The notes: generated by a model not told the origin, from the letters alone. A DNA stretch of 61,631 bases, filler included, from 5 parts of 5 records of this genome joined end to end with filler, not necessarily neighbours in it, one strand, 5' to 3'. Shown: positions 30,049-39,860, numbered from the whole stretch's first letter. Numbers and translations: made by a program.

Positions 30049-30579
30049 CTACTTGATCATTTCGTCAATGCTCACAGTAATACGCTGGTCCTTACCCAGC
30101 AGTTGCAAGAGCACCTGTACGCGATCCCCGCCGCGGGCCATGTCGAACACCGCCTCAATGCCGGCAAAAGGGCCCGATACAAAACGGACTTTGTCGCCAG
30201 GCTTAAAGGGTGCTTCGACATCATTGGTCTCAGATTCAATAGTCTGCAAACTTTCAATGAACTCTACGGGAACTGGCGTATAAGCATGAGCGAAGCGCAC
30301 CAGCCCTATGCAGCCAACCGTAGATCGAATGGGCGCAGGGTCATCTTCACCAAGCTCGAGCGCGACAAATAAATAGCCGGGAAACAAAGATTCAGTGACC
30401 ACCTGCCAATGACCTTTGCGTCTTTTTTTTAAACTGAGTTTTGGCAAAAAAATACTATAGCCCTGGCGCTCAAGGTTGACCCTAGCCTTCTCCTCTTCAC
30501 GGGTCTTCGTAGCAACCACATACCAGTTGGCCCGGGCATAGTCGCGATCTTCAAATACTTTTTGTGAGACGAGGGTCAT
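30049..30579 (-). CDS. rfaH: Transcription antiterminator RfaH (NusG paralogue)
   Basis: WYVVATK...EEKARVNLERQG, ESLFPGYLF, IRSTVG, and KOW domain PGDKVRFVSGPFAGIEAVF...RVQVLLQLLG. Confidence 0.88.
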   Translation of the reverse strand: MTLVSQKVFEDRDYARANWYVVATKTREEEKARVNLERQGYSIFLPKLSLKKRRKGHWQVVTESLFPGYLFVALELGEDDPAPIRSTVGCIGLVRFAHAYTPVPVEFIESLQTIESETNDVEAPFKPGDKVRFVSGPFAGIEAVFDMARGGDRVQVLLQLLGKDQRITVSIDEMIK

Positions 30580-30816
30580 AGGTTGTGCGTCTTAAGTCGC
30601 GTTTATTCGAGGCGTCAGCCGATGTACGCAGCTTACAACAACGGGCTGATTACCTAGCAAGGTTATCAATTAAATGTCAGATTGAGGCCAAAAAAAGTAA
30701 GTTTGTCCTTTATTGATGGGAAATAAAAATATACCTGCATAAATGGTAATAGTACTGCAGAAGTAGAGGCTAGCTCATCATAAGATTTGCATTCAGATTA
30801 AGGGCCTTACCAGCTG

Positions 30817-32004
30817 ATGTCGCCATTATTACTACAATCGTTGACTGCTTTTTTCGCCACGTTACTTGCGGTGGTGCTGTTAGCGCGGGCAGCTCCAGTG
30901 TTAGGCCTCACCGACAAACCCTCAAGCCGTAAACGGCATCAGGGTGAAGTGCCAATGGTAGGTGGCATCGCTATATTTATCGCTTTAAGCATTGCGGGCA
31001 CGCTGTGGGGTAACGCGAACCAAACCCTCATCACAGTCAATGGCAATGACGCTCTGTGGGTTTTCATGGTGTGTGGCGCCTTTTTGGTTCTGACGGGCAT
31101 GTTGGATGATCGGTTCCAGCTTGGCGTGTTTATGCGGGTACTGTCAGAGGTGATGGTAGCCATTGCGGTGATTGAACTGCTTGACTTAAGGGTTGCCCAG
31201 CTCGGCGATATCTTTGGTGTAGGTTTGATCAAAATAAACCCCATACTGGCCTACCCTTTCACCGTAATCGCCATATTTGGCATTATTAATGCCTTTAACA
31301 TGCTTGATGGCATGGATGGCCTTCTCGGTTCGATGGTCATTACGACCCTGATCATGTTCCACCTATTCACCGGCACCGTGCCGGGCTTTGTCAGCCTCGC
31401 GATTGGCGCTGCACTGGTGGCTTTTTTGGTGTCCAACCTCAATTTATCGCCGATTATCCCCAAAACATTCTTGGGCGATGCCGGCAGCAAGCTGCTGGGT
31501 TTTATTGTGGTGTGTTTATTACTCGCGGCGGCCTCGGCTCAAGTAGGGCAAAGCAAGCTCATCCAGCCGGTCACCGCGTTGTTTATTGTTGCACTCCCGC
31601 TTTACGACATGGTGTTTACCAGCCTCCGCCGCATTATTCGCAAAGGGTCACCCTTTGCAGCAGATCGATCGCACATTCACCACCTCATGCAAGACTTGGG
31701 GTTTTCTGATCGGCGCGCTTTGGTGCTCATTTTGGGCATTCACCTTTTTGTGACTTTTCTGGGGCTCATGCTTCATAGAGCTAGCACACCTGAATATTTT
31801 CAACTGGCTATATTCATGGGCTGCTTTGGGCTTTATAGCCTCATGGCAAGCCAGATGTGGCTAGTCGCAGAGCGTCTTCAAACCTCGGAGCAGGCAATAC
31901 CTGTGCGAGGTGAGAACACTGACACAGACGGCGAGTCAAATACTGCGGCCATTGACAGCAGCGGTCGTCACAACATCAGGCAAATCGACAAGCGTCCCTG
32001 GTAG
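30817..32004 (+). CDS. wecA: WecA-family undecaprenyl-phosphate GlcNAc-1-P transferase
   Basis: DKPSSRKRHQGEVPMVGG, LDDR, NAFNMLDGMDGL, FLGDAGS and PFAADRSHIHH. Confidence 0.88.
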   Translation: MSPLLLQSLTAFFATLLAVVLLARAAPVLGLTDKPSSRKRHQGEVPMVGGIAIFIALSIAGTLWGNANQTLITVNGNDALWVFMVCGAFLVLTGMLDDRFQLGVFMRVLSEVMVAIAVIELLDLRVAQLGDIFGVGLIKINPILAYPFTVIAIFGIINAFNMLDGMDGLLGSMVITTLIMFHLFTGTVPGFVSLAIGAALVAFLVSNLNLSPIIPKTFLGDAGSKLLGFIVVCLLLAAASAQVGQSKLIQPVTALFIVALPLYDMVFTSLRRIIRKGSPFAADRSHIHHLMQDLGFSDRRALVLILGIHLFVTFLGLMLHRASTPEYFQLAIFMGCFGLYSLMASQMWLVAERLQTSEQAIPVRGENTDTDGESNTAAIDSSGRHNIRQIDKRPW

Positions 32005-32372
32005 CAGCTTGTGGATCAGTGAATCTAATGACTGGATGACACACCCGACCTAGCATTGCCTCGCGTATTTAGTAAGACATCACACTACCGTTCACTGCCC
32101 TCACATTGCGCTGCGCCTTGCAATCTAAATCTGAATCATTAATCTGAAAGCAAAGGTGAAGTTATTAATGTGTTGCCCAGCCCAGAAAGGCCATTTAATT
32201 TAAATATAAGATCAAATATTGTGGTGATTTTTTAGCATATTCATACTCTACAAAAAATCAAAAATAGACATTTTTAAAAATTAAGCAGCAACGTTTCAAA
32301 AGCGCTATATTAATGGCTATATTAATCGACCATCAAAAACAAAAGGCTAAAAATCTCCGAGAGGTGCTTATA

Positions 32373-32819
32373 ATGAATGAATCAGACGCGCTCGCGAAAA
32401 TTGCGCACTCCAAGGCCAGCGCTAATCGTGTTGCCAAATCGCTTAGTTCTGCTCAACTTAAAAGCGCCATCAGCAACTTGCAATCCGCCTTGAAAGCCAC
32501 TGAAGCCCGAGAAACAGCAAGAGACAGTAAACGCCGGGCCGCCAATATCAAGAAACTGGAGGCGATGATGGCTAAGATGGGTTTGTCAGCCAGCGACATT
32601 GCTGGCAAATCATCACAAAAGCCCGGCAAAAAACCAACGAAGCAATCTAAAGCTGGTGCCAAATCCAAAGTGAAACCGAGGAAGGGCAGTAAGGTAGCCC
32701 CTAAATATAAAATCACCAGCGACGGGAAAACGCATCACTGGACGGGCCGTGGTCGCATGCCGCTGGTCTTTAAACACTTTGTTGAGCAAGGTGGTTCGTT
32801 AGATCAATGCCTCATTTAA
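32373..32819 (+). CDS. H-NS family nucleoid-associated protein
   Basis: Coiled-coil N-terminus, basic linker, C-terminal PKYK...WTGRGRMP DNA-binding motif; start set at ATG 32373 with GAGG RBS. Confidence 0.85.
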   Translation: MNESDALAKIAHSKASANRVAKSLSSAQLKSAISNLQSALKATEARETARDSKRRAANIKKLEAMMAKMGLSASDIAGKSSQKPGKKPTKQSKAGAKSKVKPRKGSKVAPKYKITSDGKTHHWTGRGRMPLVFKHFVEQGGSLDQCLI

Positions 32820-33158
32820 GCGGCTATATTCAAGTTCCCCGTGATTTTTGGAGCGTATGTCGATAACCGCCTCTGATGAATAAAGGCAAGCACTAAAAAC
32901 CCATAACCCCTGAAAAATAACTGCGCCATTTATCTAATTGTCGACAACAGTCATGCTCGGACTCAGACTAACCTCAGAGGGCAAACTGTTCCTAGCAAGC
33001 TTGAGCGTGGCGTGCGTTAAAAACAGAAAGGTTTCTTTATTAAAGTGCGCCGAACTTCACCCGAAACACCGTCACGCTTTTTTTGTGTCATTTATGGAGA
33101 TGGCACCTCTGAAAGAGCGGCATACGCACTCAACGAATGAAAAAGACCATCTTCGTAA

Positions 33159-34199
33159 TCAAAAATAAGGCAATAGGTGCGCCGCACAATCCTCAGGAAA
33201 TCTCGCGCACCGAATCTCATTATTTCGGATCCGCTCCTCGAGCGGCAATCCCGCATAGCGCTCGTGAGTGTCGATGAGCTGCTCTATGCGCCAGTGCCAG
33301 CGCAGGACGTCGTTAAAGACCCAACCATAAAGACACAAACATAACGCCGTTGCGAGCAGACGATGCTCTGACGTTGTGGCCGAGCGCAGCTTTCTGACAA
33401 GCCGAAACAATGCCGCCATCAGAAGCCCCGTCACGACCAATAAATTTGCGACGGCATTGGGAAACAACATCCCATTGGCATGAATACCCCGCACAATATT
33501 GTTGGAGTATCCCTGCCAAAGCGGCGGGTTCGTCCAGTCTTCTACTATCTGCTCGATCACATTTTTTGCGGAAAACGGCCTGAACTCGATGCTGCTAATA
33601 GTGATGTCCACATCATCGTTATTCTCGAAACCCAGCGCAGGCCCGTCATAAAAAAGCAACGCTATGGACTGAATCGACCCCGAGTAGTGCTCGCCCCCAT
33701 AAACCATCGCAATTTGGGTGACTTGATCACCGCTGCGATTAAATTCCAATGCATGTGTGGTCGGGTCGCCCACCTGTTGCCACAGAATCTTGGCTTTGGA
33801 GTAACGCGTAAAACCCGACAGGTTTACTTTGATAAAGGGATAGTCCTCAGCCCGAAACGCTCTGGGCAACGCAAGAATCGCCTCGTCTCCGTTAAAGTCT
33901 TCAATGACATAACGACCGCTTTCTTTACGGCCTTTGCCCACCGACACGGGAATAAGATCAGTGCCACTGGCAGTCAGTGGGTTAGCATCTTGCCCAATGA
34001 AGGGCACAAATTCTGGGTGAATGCGATTGAAAGCAAAGGCGTAGATGATCACCAGTAGCGTCGCTGCGGCAAGAAATGCCCAAGCGGCTTCTTTCAAAGC
34101 GGGTTTCCAGATTGAGGGGCGTTTTATGGCTGCAGTGGCACCCCCTGAATCTTCAGCAGCGGCTGTTTTAAGTTGCCCTGGTTGGGGTTCACCAGCCAA
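33159..34199 (-). CDS. Hypothetical membrane protein (N-terminal TM, soluble beta-rich domain, two C-terminal TMs)
   Basis: Long ORF co-oriented with and 59 bp downstream of the Wzz-like gene; start uncertain. Confidence 0.65.
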   Translation of the reverse strand: MAGEPQPGQLKTAAAEDSGGATAAIKRPSIWKPALKEAAWAFLAAATLLVIIYAFAFNRIHPEFVPFIGQDANPLTASGTDLIPVSVGKGRKESGRYVIEDFNGDEAILALPRAFRAEDYPFIKVNLSGFTRYSKAKILWQQVGDPTTHALEFNRSGDQVTQIAMVYGGEHYSGSIQSIALLFYDGPALGFENNDDVDITISSIEFRPFSAKNVIEQIVEDWTNPPLWQGYSNNIVRGIHANGMLFPNAVANLLVVTGLLMAALFRLVRKLRSATTSEHRLLATALCLCLYGWVFNDVLRWHWRIEQLIDTHERYAGLPLEERIRNNEIRCARFPEDCAAHLLPYF

Positions 34200-34258
34200 A
34201 AAAAAGCGCTACCTAGCTTTGCAACTGACAATCAAAGGGCGACACCGTGACCACACTT

Positions 34259-35707
34259 TCATGCTTCACGTTGCGGCCAGACCAAGGCGGCGATGATCGC
34301 CAACATGCCACCCAGCGCGAGTGCCAATGCAATAAAGAGAAAATCGCGGCGCTCTAGCCACTTGCCTGAGCTAGCGGGTTGGGTGATCGGAGAAAAGTAC
34401 ATCGGCGTCTGTTTAATCAGCATATCCCTCGCTAACTCAACTAGCGCGCTATAAGCGACAATCACGCTTTGATAGCGACCCACTGCCACAGCAACAAACT
34501 CCTCGGAGATGGCCGCACTAGCTCCCTCATTTGCACTACTAATGCGCCGGAGCCTTTTCTGTAAGACGGAGCGCTGGCTGGACAAGTCCGAGCGCAGATC
34601 GAGGGTTGTCTCCAAATAGCTGGATAAAGCGGCCTTTTCGGCTAACGACACCACTGCGGAGAGCCCAGAGCTATCGAACTGGGCCGAGGAGGCTTGACTG
34701 CCTCCAGTTGCGTCGTTGGGTGAGGTAGCACCTCGCTGAAACTGTTTAATGTCGTTTAATCGTGTATTGAGTTCCTCGATTTCTTCCGACAGCTCATCTA
34801 TTCCTAATTGTGTATCGCGTAAATAGAGTTCCGACAAGGCTGACCTTTGCGCAAAGGCATTGAGGTACAAGGGATCAAAGTAAATGGCTCTAAAATCCTC
34901 GAGGTATCCGAGCAAATCCCCAGCCGTTGCACCCGTTTCATCAGTCAGCCCAGCCAGCCGGCCATCTTGGGCCAACATCTCCGTCCCTTTTTGGATCAGC
35001 TTGAGCTGATTTTCAGCAGCCAGAAAACCTACCGTTGAAGTGATATCTAGCTCATAACGCGGCATTTTTTGACTAATGACGTCAGGACTGAGGCGGGTCT
35101 TGAACTGCGTTGTAAAGATCCGGTTCCAGGTTTTAGCCAGATCGACCGCGAGCTGCTCGCCGGCCTCTCGGCTCAGTTCGAGTGCGACGAAGTTGACGGA
35201 GATCTTGAGCCCTCTTTTGGCAGTGGCTGCAATCTTTTGCTGATACCGCTCATTAATCCCCGCTATCGTTGAGGCATCGGCTTTACTGTTGGCCGCGAGT
35301 GCCGCCTGATATTCCAGTTGCACTCCCTGACTCAGGGGCGTCCCGAACTGAGCGTCAAGATTTTCTGCCAACGCCGATACGGACTTTTTGTATTGTGAGG
35401 CTAACTCAGCGAGCACGGCCGGATTGACTAGATCTTGGGGCGAGAACACGACACCATTGGGGTAACGGACTGTGCTGTCGCTGTCGCTGTCGCTAACAGT
35501 ATTGCTGATCGCAATGCCATTGAGCTCCACATAATAGCTCAGCACCCCCTGCTGGCCTGTTTTACCGACCAGCAGCCCCACAATGGTCAACCCGGCGAGC
35601 ACCAAGGGCAGAAACACAATTAACCCTCGCTTAGCCCACAGCTTCATGAGTAGCTCTGAGATCGAAATCTCATCCTGATCGTAAGGCATCGCGTTGGGCT
35701 CTGTCAT
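34259..35707 (-). CDS. Wzz/polysaccharide co-polymerase-like protein
   Basis: QDEISISELLMKLWAKRGLI N-terminus, TM at each end, long periplasmic coiled-coil region, Pro-containing segment before the C-terminal TM. Confidence 0.7.
   Translation of the reverse strand: MTEPNAMPYDQDEISISELLMKLWAKRGLIVFLPLVLAGLTIVGLLVGKTGQQGVLSYYVELNGIAISNTVSDSDSDSTVRYPNGVVFSPQDLVNPAVLAELASQYKKSVSALAENLDAQFGTPLSQGVQLEYQAALAANSKADASTIAGINERYQQKIAATAKRGLKISVNFVALELSREAGEQLAVDLAKTWNRIFTTQFKTRLSPDVISQKMPRYELDITSTVGFLAAENQLKLIQKGTEMLAQDGRLAGLTDETGATAGDLLGYLEDFRAIYFDPLYLNAFAQRSALSELYLRDTQLGIDELSEEIEELNTRLNDIKQFQRGATSPNDATGGSQASSAQFDSSGLSAVVSLAEKAALSSYLETTLDLRSDLSSQRSVLQKRLRRISSANEGASAAISEEFVAVAVGRYQSVIVAYSALVELARDMLIKQTPMYFSPITQPASSGKWLERRDFLFIALALALGGMLAIIAALVWPQREA
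35474..35494. repeat. In-frame hexamer microsatellite (GCTGTC)3-GCT
   Basis: Encodes SDSDSDS in the Wzz-like protein. Confidence 0.8.
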
Positions 35708-35860
35708 GACTGCTGTCCACTGTTAAGAGGGGTAAAGTTTGCCACAGATCATTCCCCTTTCCACTCGGATTATTAACGCGTTCGCCGATGGTCATGCGGC
35801 GTTAAGCGTCAAAATTTTATATTGTGGTATTGGGCGCCATTAGCAACTTGAGCATAGGCG

Positions 35861-35899
35861 CAGCGACAGTCATAGTCATAGCCATAGCCGTGCCATAGG
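35861..35899. repeat. Degenerate intergenic hexamer repeat
   Basis: gacagt catagt catagc catagc cgtgc catagg between divergent genes. Confidence 0.55.
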
Positions 35900-36018
35900 T
35901 TTTGGAGCCACCGCTGACGACTAATACAGAAAGTAAAACGACTATTTTTCGGCTTAAACAGCGCTAAATTGCGTCTCACTGATGCACTATGAGGCCTCGT
36001 GCAGCAAGGGCACTGATC

Positions 36019-36699
36019 ATGACCACTCAAAAAATCGGGTTTTTCGGGCTGATGAAGTCGTTCGACTCAGCCGAATCGTCAATCGAAAAAATGGCCGGCG
36101 GCGGCATTCGAGCGGCCATTAAGCATGAGCTCATGCACGGCGTCACGATCGACCACCTGATCTGGTGGTTCCACAATATTGATCAGACCACCACCTTCAA
36201 CGGGCGTGGTTTTGACGGCGCGGAAATCGACGCCTACAAGCTTTGGCATCCCCACGACCACCTCAAAGTCAGATGGAAGAAGAAAATCACGGACGATAAG
36301 GGGCACATTCAACCGGGATCTGTTATCAGCATTCATGAGACCTTCGGTGGGTTTGTGGTCAATGAAAGCAGTCTCATTACGCAGTTTGATCGACAAGGCT
36401 TCCATTTTCAGATGGGGATACTTGGGTTAAAGGTTGGCCACCTGCTCCATTTTTATCAAGAAATAGACGGCGGCGTGCTCTATGAGACAGAAATGGAAAT
36501 CAAGTGCCGCGCGCCGTTTATCGGAACATTGCTGACCTGGCTTGCGTGTCGATTCTTTGCCACGGAGCCGAAGATTCGCGCTTGGATGCAGCACAACATA
36601 GAGGAATGCGGCGAAAGCGAAAAGTTCATTCCGCAGCTCTACGAGCAGAGCCGCACTGTGGATAGTGAATCACGCAGGAGCGTTTCGGCACCTGAGTGA
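36019..36699 (+). CDS. DAPG hydrolase (PhlG)-like family protein
   Basis: GVTIDHLIWWF, YKLWHPHDH, IHETFG and HNIEE...FIPQLY pattern; probable start ATG 36019. Confidence 0.7.
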   Translation: MTTQKIGFFGLMKSFDSAESSIEKMAGGGIRAAIKHELMHGVTIDHLIWWFHNIDQTTTFNGRGFDGAEIDAYKLWHPHDHLKVRWKKKITDDKGHIQPGSVISIHETFGGFVVNESSLITQFDRQGFHFQMGILGLKVGHLLHFYQEIDGGVLYETEMEIKCRAPFIGTLLTWLACRFFATEPKIRAWMQHNIEECGESEKFIPQLYEQSRTVDSESRRSVSAPE

Positions 36700-36715
36700 T
36701 CTCTCTACAGCCCGC

Positions 36716-36740
36716 AATGAGCGCTGGCAAAGTGCTCATT
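36716..36740. terminator. Hairpin between convergent genes (possible terminator)
   Basis: AATGAGCGCT-GGCAA-AGTGCTCATT; no clear U-tract. Confidence 0.4.
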
Positions 36741-36758
36741 AGGTAGCGGCAGCCAGCC

Positions 36759-37586
36759 TCAGAGAAAGCTCTGCGCCAGCATGCGCAAGCCCGTCACCAG
36801 CAACACGACATCAAAGATTTTTTTCAGCTTTACCGCAGGCAGTTTGCCAGCCAGCGCCGCCCCAATCGGAGCACAGAACACAGTCATTGGGACAATACAC
36901 GCAAACCCGATTAAGTTGACTAACCCCAGATTACCCACCGGTGCGTCGGCAGGTGTGCCACCCAGTGCCAGCATCGTTAAAACGCCCGGCAGTGCAATGA
37001 TTAATCCGATGGCAGCAGCGGTACCCACCGCCTTGTGGACTGGGTAGTGGTGCGCTGTCAGCAAAGGCACCGAGAGGGTGCCACCACCAATGCCGACTAG
37101 GACGCTGAAGAGCCCCACAGCGCTTGCCATCACTGCCTGCCCTACCCTGTTGGGCAGATCTTCGAATAATGGCGAGTCAGATCGACATAAGCCGCTGAGC
37201 GCAGACAGCGTTGCGATGATGCCGAATAGGGCAATGACCCAAGTGCCGTTAATCCAAGTGACCAGCCAACTGCCCAGCAGCACACCCAACAGAATGAAAG
37301 GGCCCCAACGGACTAAAAGTGGGCAATCGACATTGCCTTTTTTGTAGTGCGCGCGGATTGAACTGATCGACGTCGGCACGATAGTGGCGAGCGAGGTTGC
37401 AGTGGCAATAACCATGGCTGATGCAGGAGACACGTCGTCGCTTTGAAACAAAAAGAACAACACCGGGACGATGATGATGCCGCCGCCGACGCCCAACAGG
37501 CCCGCCAACAGGCCGGAACAAGCGCCGGTCGTTAACAACGCGAAGAGTACACCGCTGTGATTGGCCACAAAGTCCAAGATACTCAT
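36759..37586 (-). CDS. Sulfite exporter TauE/SafE family permease
   Basis: AGLLGVGGGIIIVP, ATSLA, VGIGGGTLSVP and HKAVGTAAA. Confidence 0.88.
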   Translation of the reverse strand: MSILDFVANHSGVLFALLTTGACSGLLAGLLGVGGGIIIVPVLFFLFQSDDVSPASAMVIATATSLATIVPTSISSIRAHYKKGNVDCPLLVRWGPFILLGVLLGSWLVTWINGTWVIALFGIIATLSALSGLCRSDSPLFEDLPNRVGQAVMASAVGLFSVLVGIGGGTLSVPLLTAHHYPVHKAVGTAAAIGLIIALPGVLTMLALGGTPADAPVGNLGLVNLIGFACIVPMTVFCAPIGAALAGKLPAVKLKKIFDVVLLVTGLRMLAQSFL

Positions 37587-37683
37587 GAATAATAATGCCG
37601 CTTTTATGAACGTTGCCGAACGACTCAGTACCGTGTGTCTCCGTGTTCGGCGCTAACGGTGTGACGATAGCGCCGATCTGGCA

Positions 37684-38718
37684 CTACGCTGCGAGTTCCT
37701 CTCTCACGATCTCGGCACCGGCTCGCAACGCGCTCATTTTGCCGCGCGCCACCTGCCGGGACAGCGGCGCCATGCCACAGTTGGTACTGGGGTACAGCTT
37801 GTCTGCATCAACATACTGTAATGCCTCTCGCAAGGTGGCTGCCACTTCGTCGGGCGTTTCAATCGACTCGTTCGCCACGTCAATGGCACCGACCATCACC
37901 TTCTTACCACGCACCAGTTCGAGTAACGCCATCGGCACCCGTGAGTTGTGACATTCGAGCGAAATGATGTCGATATTTGACTGCTGTAGCTTCGGGAATA
38001 CCGCCTCGTACTGCCGCCATTCAGAGCCAAGGGTTTTCTTCCAATCCGTATTGGCCTTGATACCGTACCCGTAACAAACATGTACCACTGTCTCGCACGC
38101 GAGGCCTTCAATGGCCCTGTTCATGCAATCAATGCCCCACTCATTGACCTCATCAAAAAACACATTAAAAGCGGGCTCATCGAGCTGGATGATGTCCACG
38201 CCTGCGGCCTCAAGCTCCCGTGCCTCTTGGTTGATGATGCCAGCAAATTCAAAGGCCAATGCTTCACGGTTTCGATAGTGATCATCGTAAAGGGTGTCGA
38301 CCATTGTCATGGGACCGGGCAGCGCCCATTTAATTTGGTGGTTAGTTTGCGCCCGCAAAAACCGCGCATCCTCCACAAACACCGAAAGGGGTCGTTTAAC
38401 AGGGCCCACCACTCTGGGAACGCTTGCGTCGTATCGATCACGGATCTTGACCGTTCGCCGCTCTTCCAAATCAATGCCCTCAAGATGCTCGATAAAGGTG
38501 GTCACAAAGTGCTGACGGGTTTGCTCACCATCAGAAACGATATCAATTCCAGCCAATTGCTGTTCCTGTAGCGCAACACGCAGTGCATCCTGCTTGCCCA
38601 TAACCAACTCCTCACCACTTAACTTCCAGGGTGACCAGAGCATCTCCGGCTCTGCCAACCATGAGGGCTTTGGCAGGCTTCCAGCGGTAGAGGTGGGCAG
38701 TAATGTATTCGTCGTCAT
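37684..38718 (-). CDS. mesD: Core (B12- and folate-independent) methionine synthase, MesD-type
   Basis: TSTAGSLPKPSWL, SDGEQTRQHF, LPGPMT, QLDEP, HVCYGY, SLEC and PSTNCG zinc ligands; single catalytic barrel; follows a DUF1852 gene; start ATG 38718. Confidence 0.88.
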   Translation of the reverse strand: MTTNTLLPTSTAGSLPKPSWLAEPEMLWSPWKLSGEELVMGKQDALRVALQEQQLAGIDIVSDGEQTRQHFVTTFIEHLEGIDLEERRTVKIRDRYDASVPRVVGPVKRPLSVFVEDARFLRAQTNHQIKWALPGPMTMVDTLYDDHYRNREALAFEFAGIINQEARELEAAGVDIIQLDEPAFNVFFDEVNEWGIDCMNRAIEGLACETVVHVCYGYGIKANTDWKKTLGSEWRQYEAVFPKLQQSNIDIISLECHNSRVPMALLELVRGKKVMVGAIDVANESIETPDEVAATLREALQYVDADKLYPSTNCGMAPLSRQVARGKMSALRAGAEIVREELAA

Positions 38719-38740
38719 AGAGGCTTCACCAAGGTAGTGA

Positions 38741-39721
38741 CTAGAAAGAACAGTTAGCGGACCAAGCGTCCAGGATCGATTGATACGGCTTAATAAAGTG
38801 CTCTTCGGCAAACTTACCTTGCTTGATCGCTAGCTGATTTCGCTCATCGCGGTCGTAGACAATTTGTGTCAGCGAGTGATTGGCACTGCTTAAGCTGGGT
38901 CGATAGACCCCACCGGCAACCGCATTGGCGTTGTAAATCTCTGGCCGGTAGATTTTCTGAAAGGTCTCCATCGTGGCGATGGTGCTGATCAGCTCTAGGT
39001 TGGAGTAATCGGCAAGCAGATCGGCTAGGCAGTAAAAGGCCAGCGGCGCAACGCTGTTAGGCGGCATAAAGTACCGAACACTAAACCCCATTTTCTGGAA
39101 GTACTGCTCAGTCAGTGAGGAATCACTCGGCAAGTACTCGACGCCCAGCACCGGATGCTGGTTTTCAATGCGGCGATAGGTTTTATTATCAGACACACTC
39201 AGGCAAATCACTGGCGGCTTACTGAAGTTCTCTTGATAAGCACTCGAGTTCAAAAAATCCTTAAAAAGCTTGCCGTGCAGATCGCCAAAGTTCTCCGGGA
39301 TACTAAAGTCGCTCTGACCCTTATTGTGGTCGAGTAGACGAACACTGAAATCATAATCACGCACGTATGAGGAAAAATTATTCCCTGCGATACCTTCGAT
39401 GCGCTGACCGGTCTTGTGATCTATGATGTAAGTCTTGAGTATTTCAATAGACGGGAAGTGCTCACCGGTGCCTTTGACGTCGATATCCACTGAGATAATC
39501 TCAAGCTCAACTGAGTAGCGATTCCCCTCGGGATTATCCCAGCAAGCGAGCGCATTAAAGCGGCTGTCGACCATTTCCAGAGCGTTCCGCAGGTTCTCCT
39601 GCCGATTATTCCCTCTGGCCAGATTGGCAAAATTGGTCGTGATGCGGGTGCCGCGCGAGGGTCTGTAGTGCTCGTCGAACCGAACGCTATTCGTCGTATA
39701 AGTAAAGCCGTCGTCCATCAT
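38741..39721 (-). CDS. mesX: DUF1852 protein (MesX, MesD partner)
   Basis: TRITTNFANLARG, GNNFSSYVRDYDFS, PPVICLSVS and FQKIYRPEIYNAN; directly upstream of mesD. Confidence 0.88.
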   Translation of the reverse strand: MMDDGFTYTTNSVRFDEHYRPSRGTRITTNFANLARGNNRQENLRNALEMVDSRFNALACWDNPEGNRYSVELEIISVDIDVKGTGEHFPSIEILKTYIIDHKTGQRIEGIAGNNFSSYVRDYDFSVRLLDHNKGQSDFSIPENFGDLHGKLFKDFLNSSAYQENFSKPPVICLSVSDNKTYRRIENQHPVLGVEYLPSDSSLTEQYFQKMGFSVRYFMPPNSVAPLAFYCLADLLADYSNLELISTIATMETFQKIYRPEIYNANAVAGGVYRPSLSSANHSLTQIVYDRDERNQLAIKQGKFAEEHFIKPYQSILDAWSANCSF

Positions 39722-39860
39722 GTCAAAGTCCCGTTGCTGACGCTAAGCAGTTCACCGCACCGACACCGCTGCGTGCTACCGCATGTCGGGCAGTGGATGA
39801 GACCGGATAGGCCTCTGTTAAACCACCATGGTGTTGCTCGCTAGCGAACAACTGGCGTGC

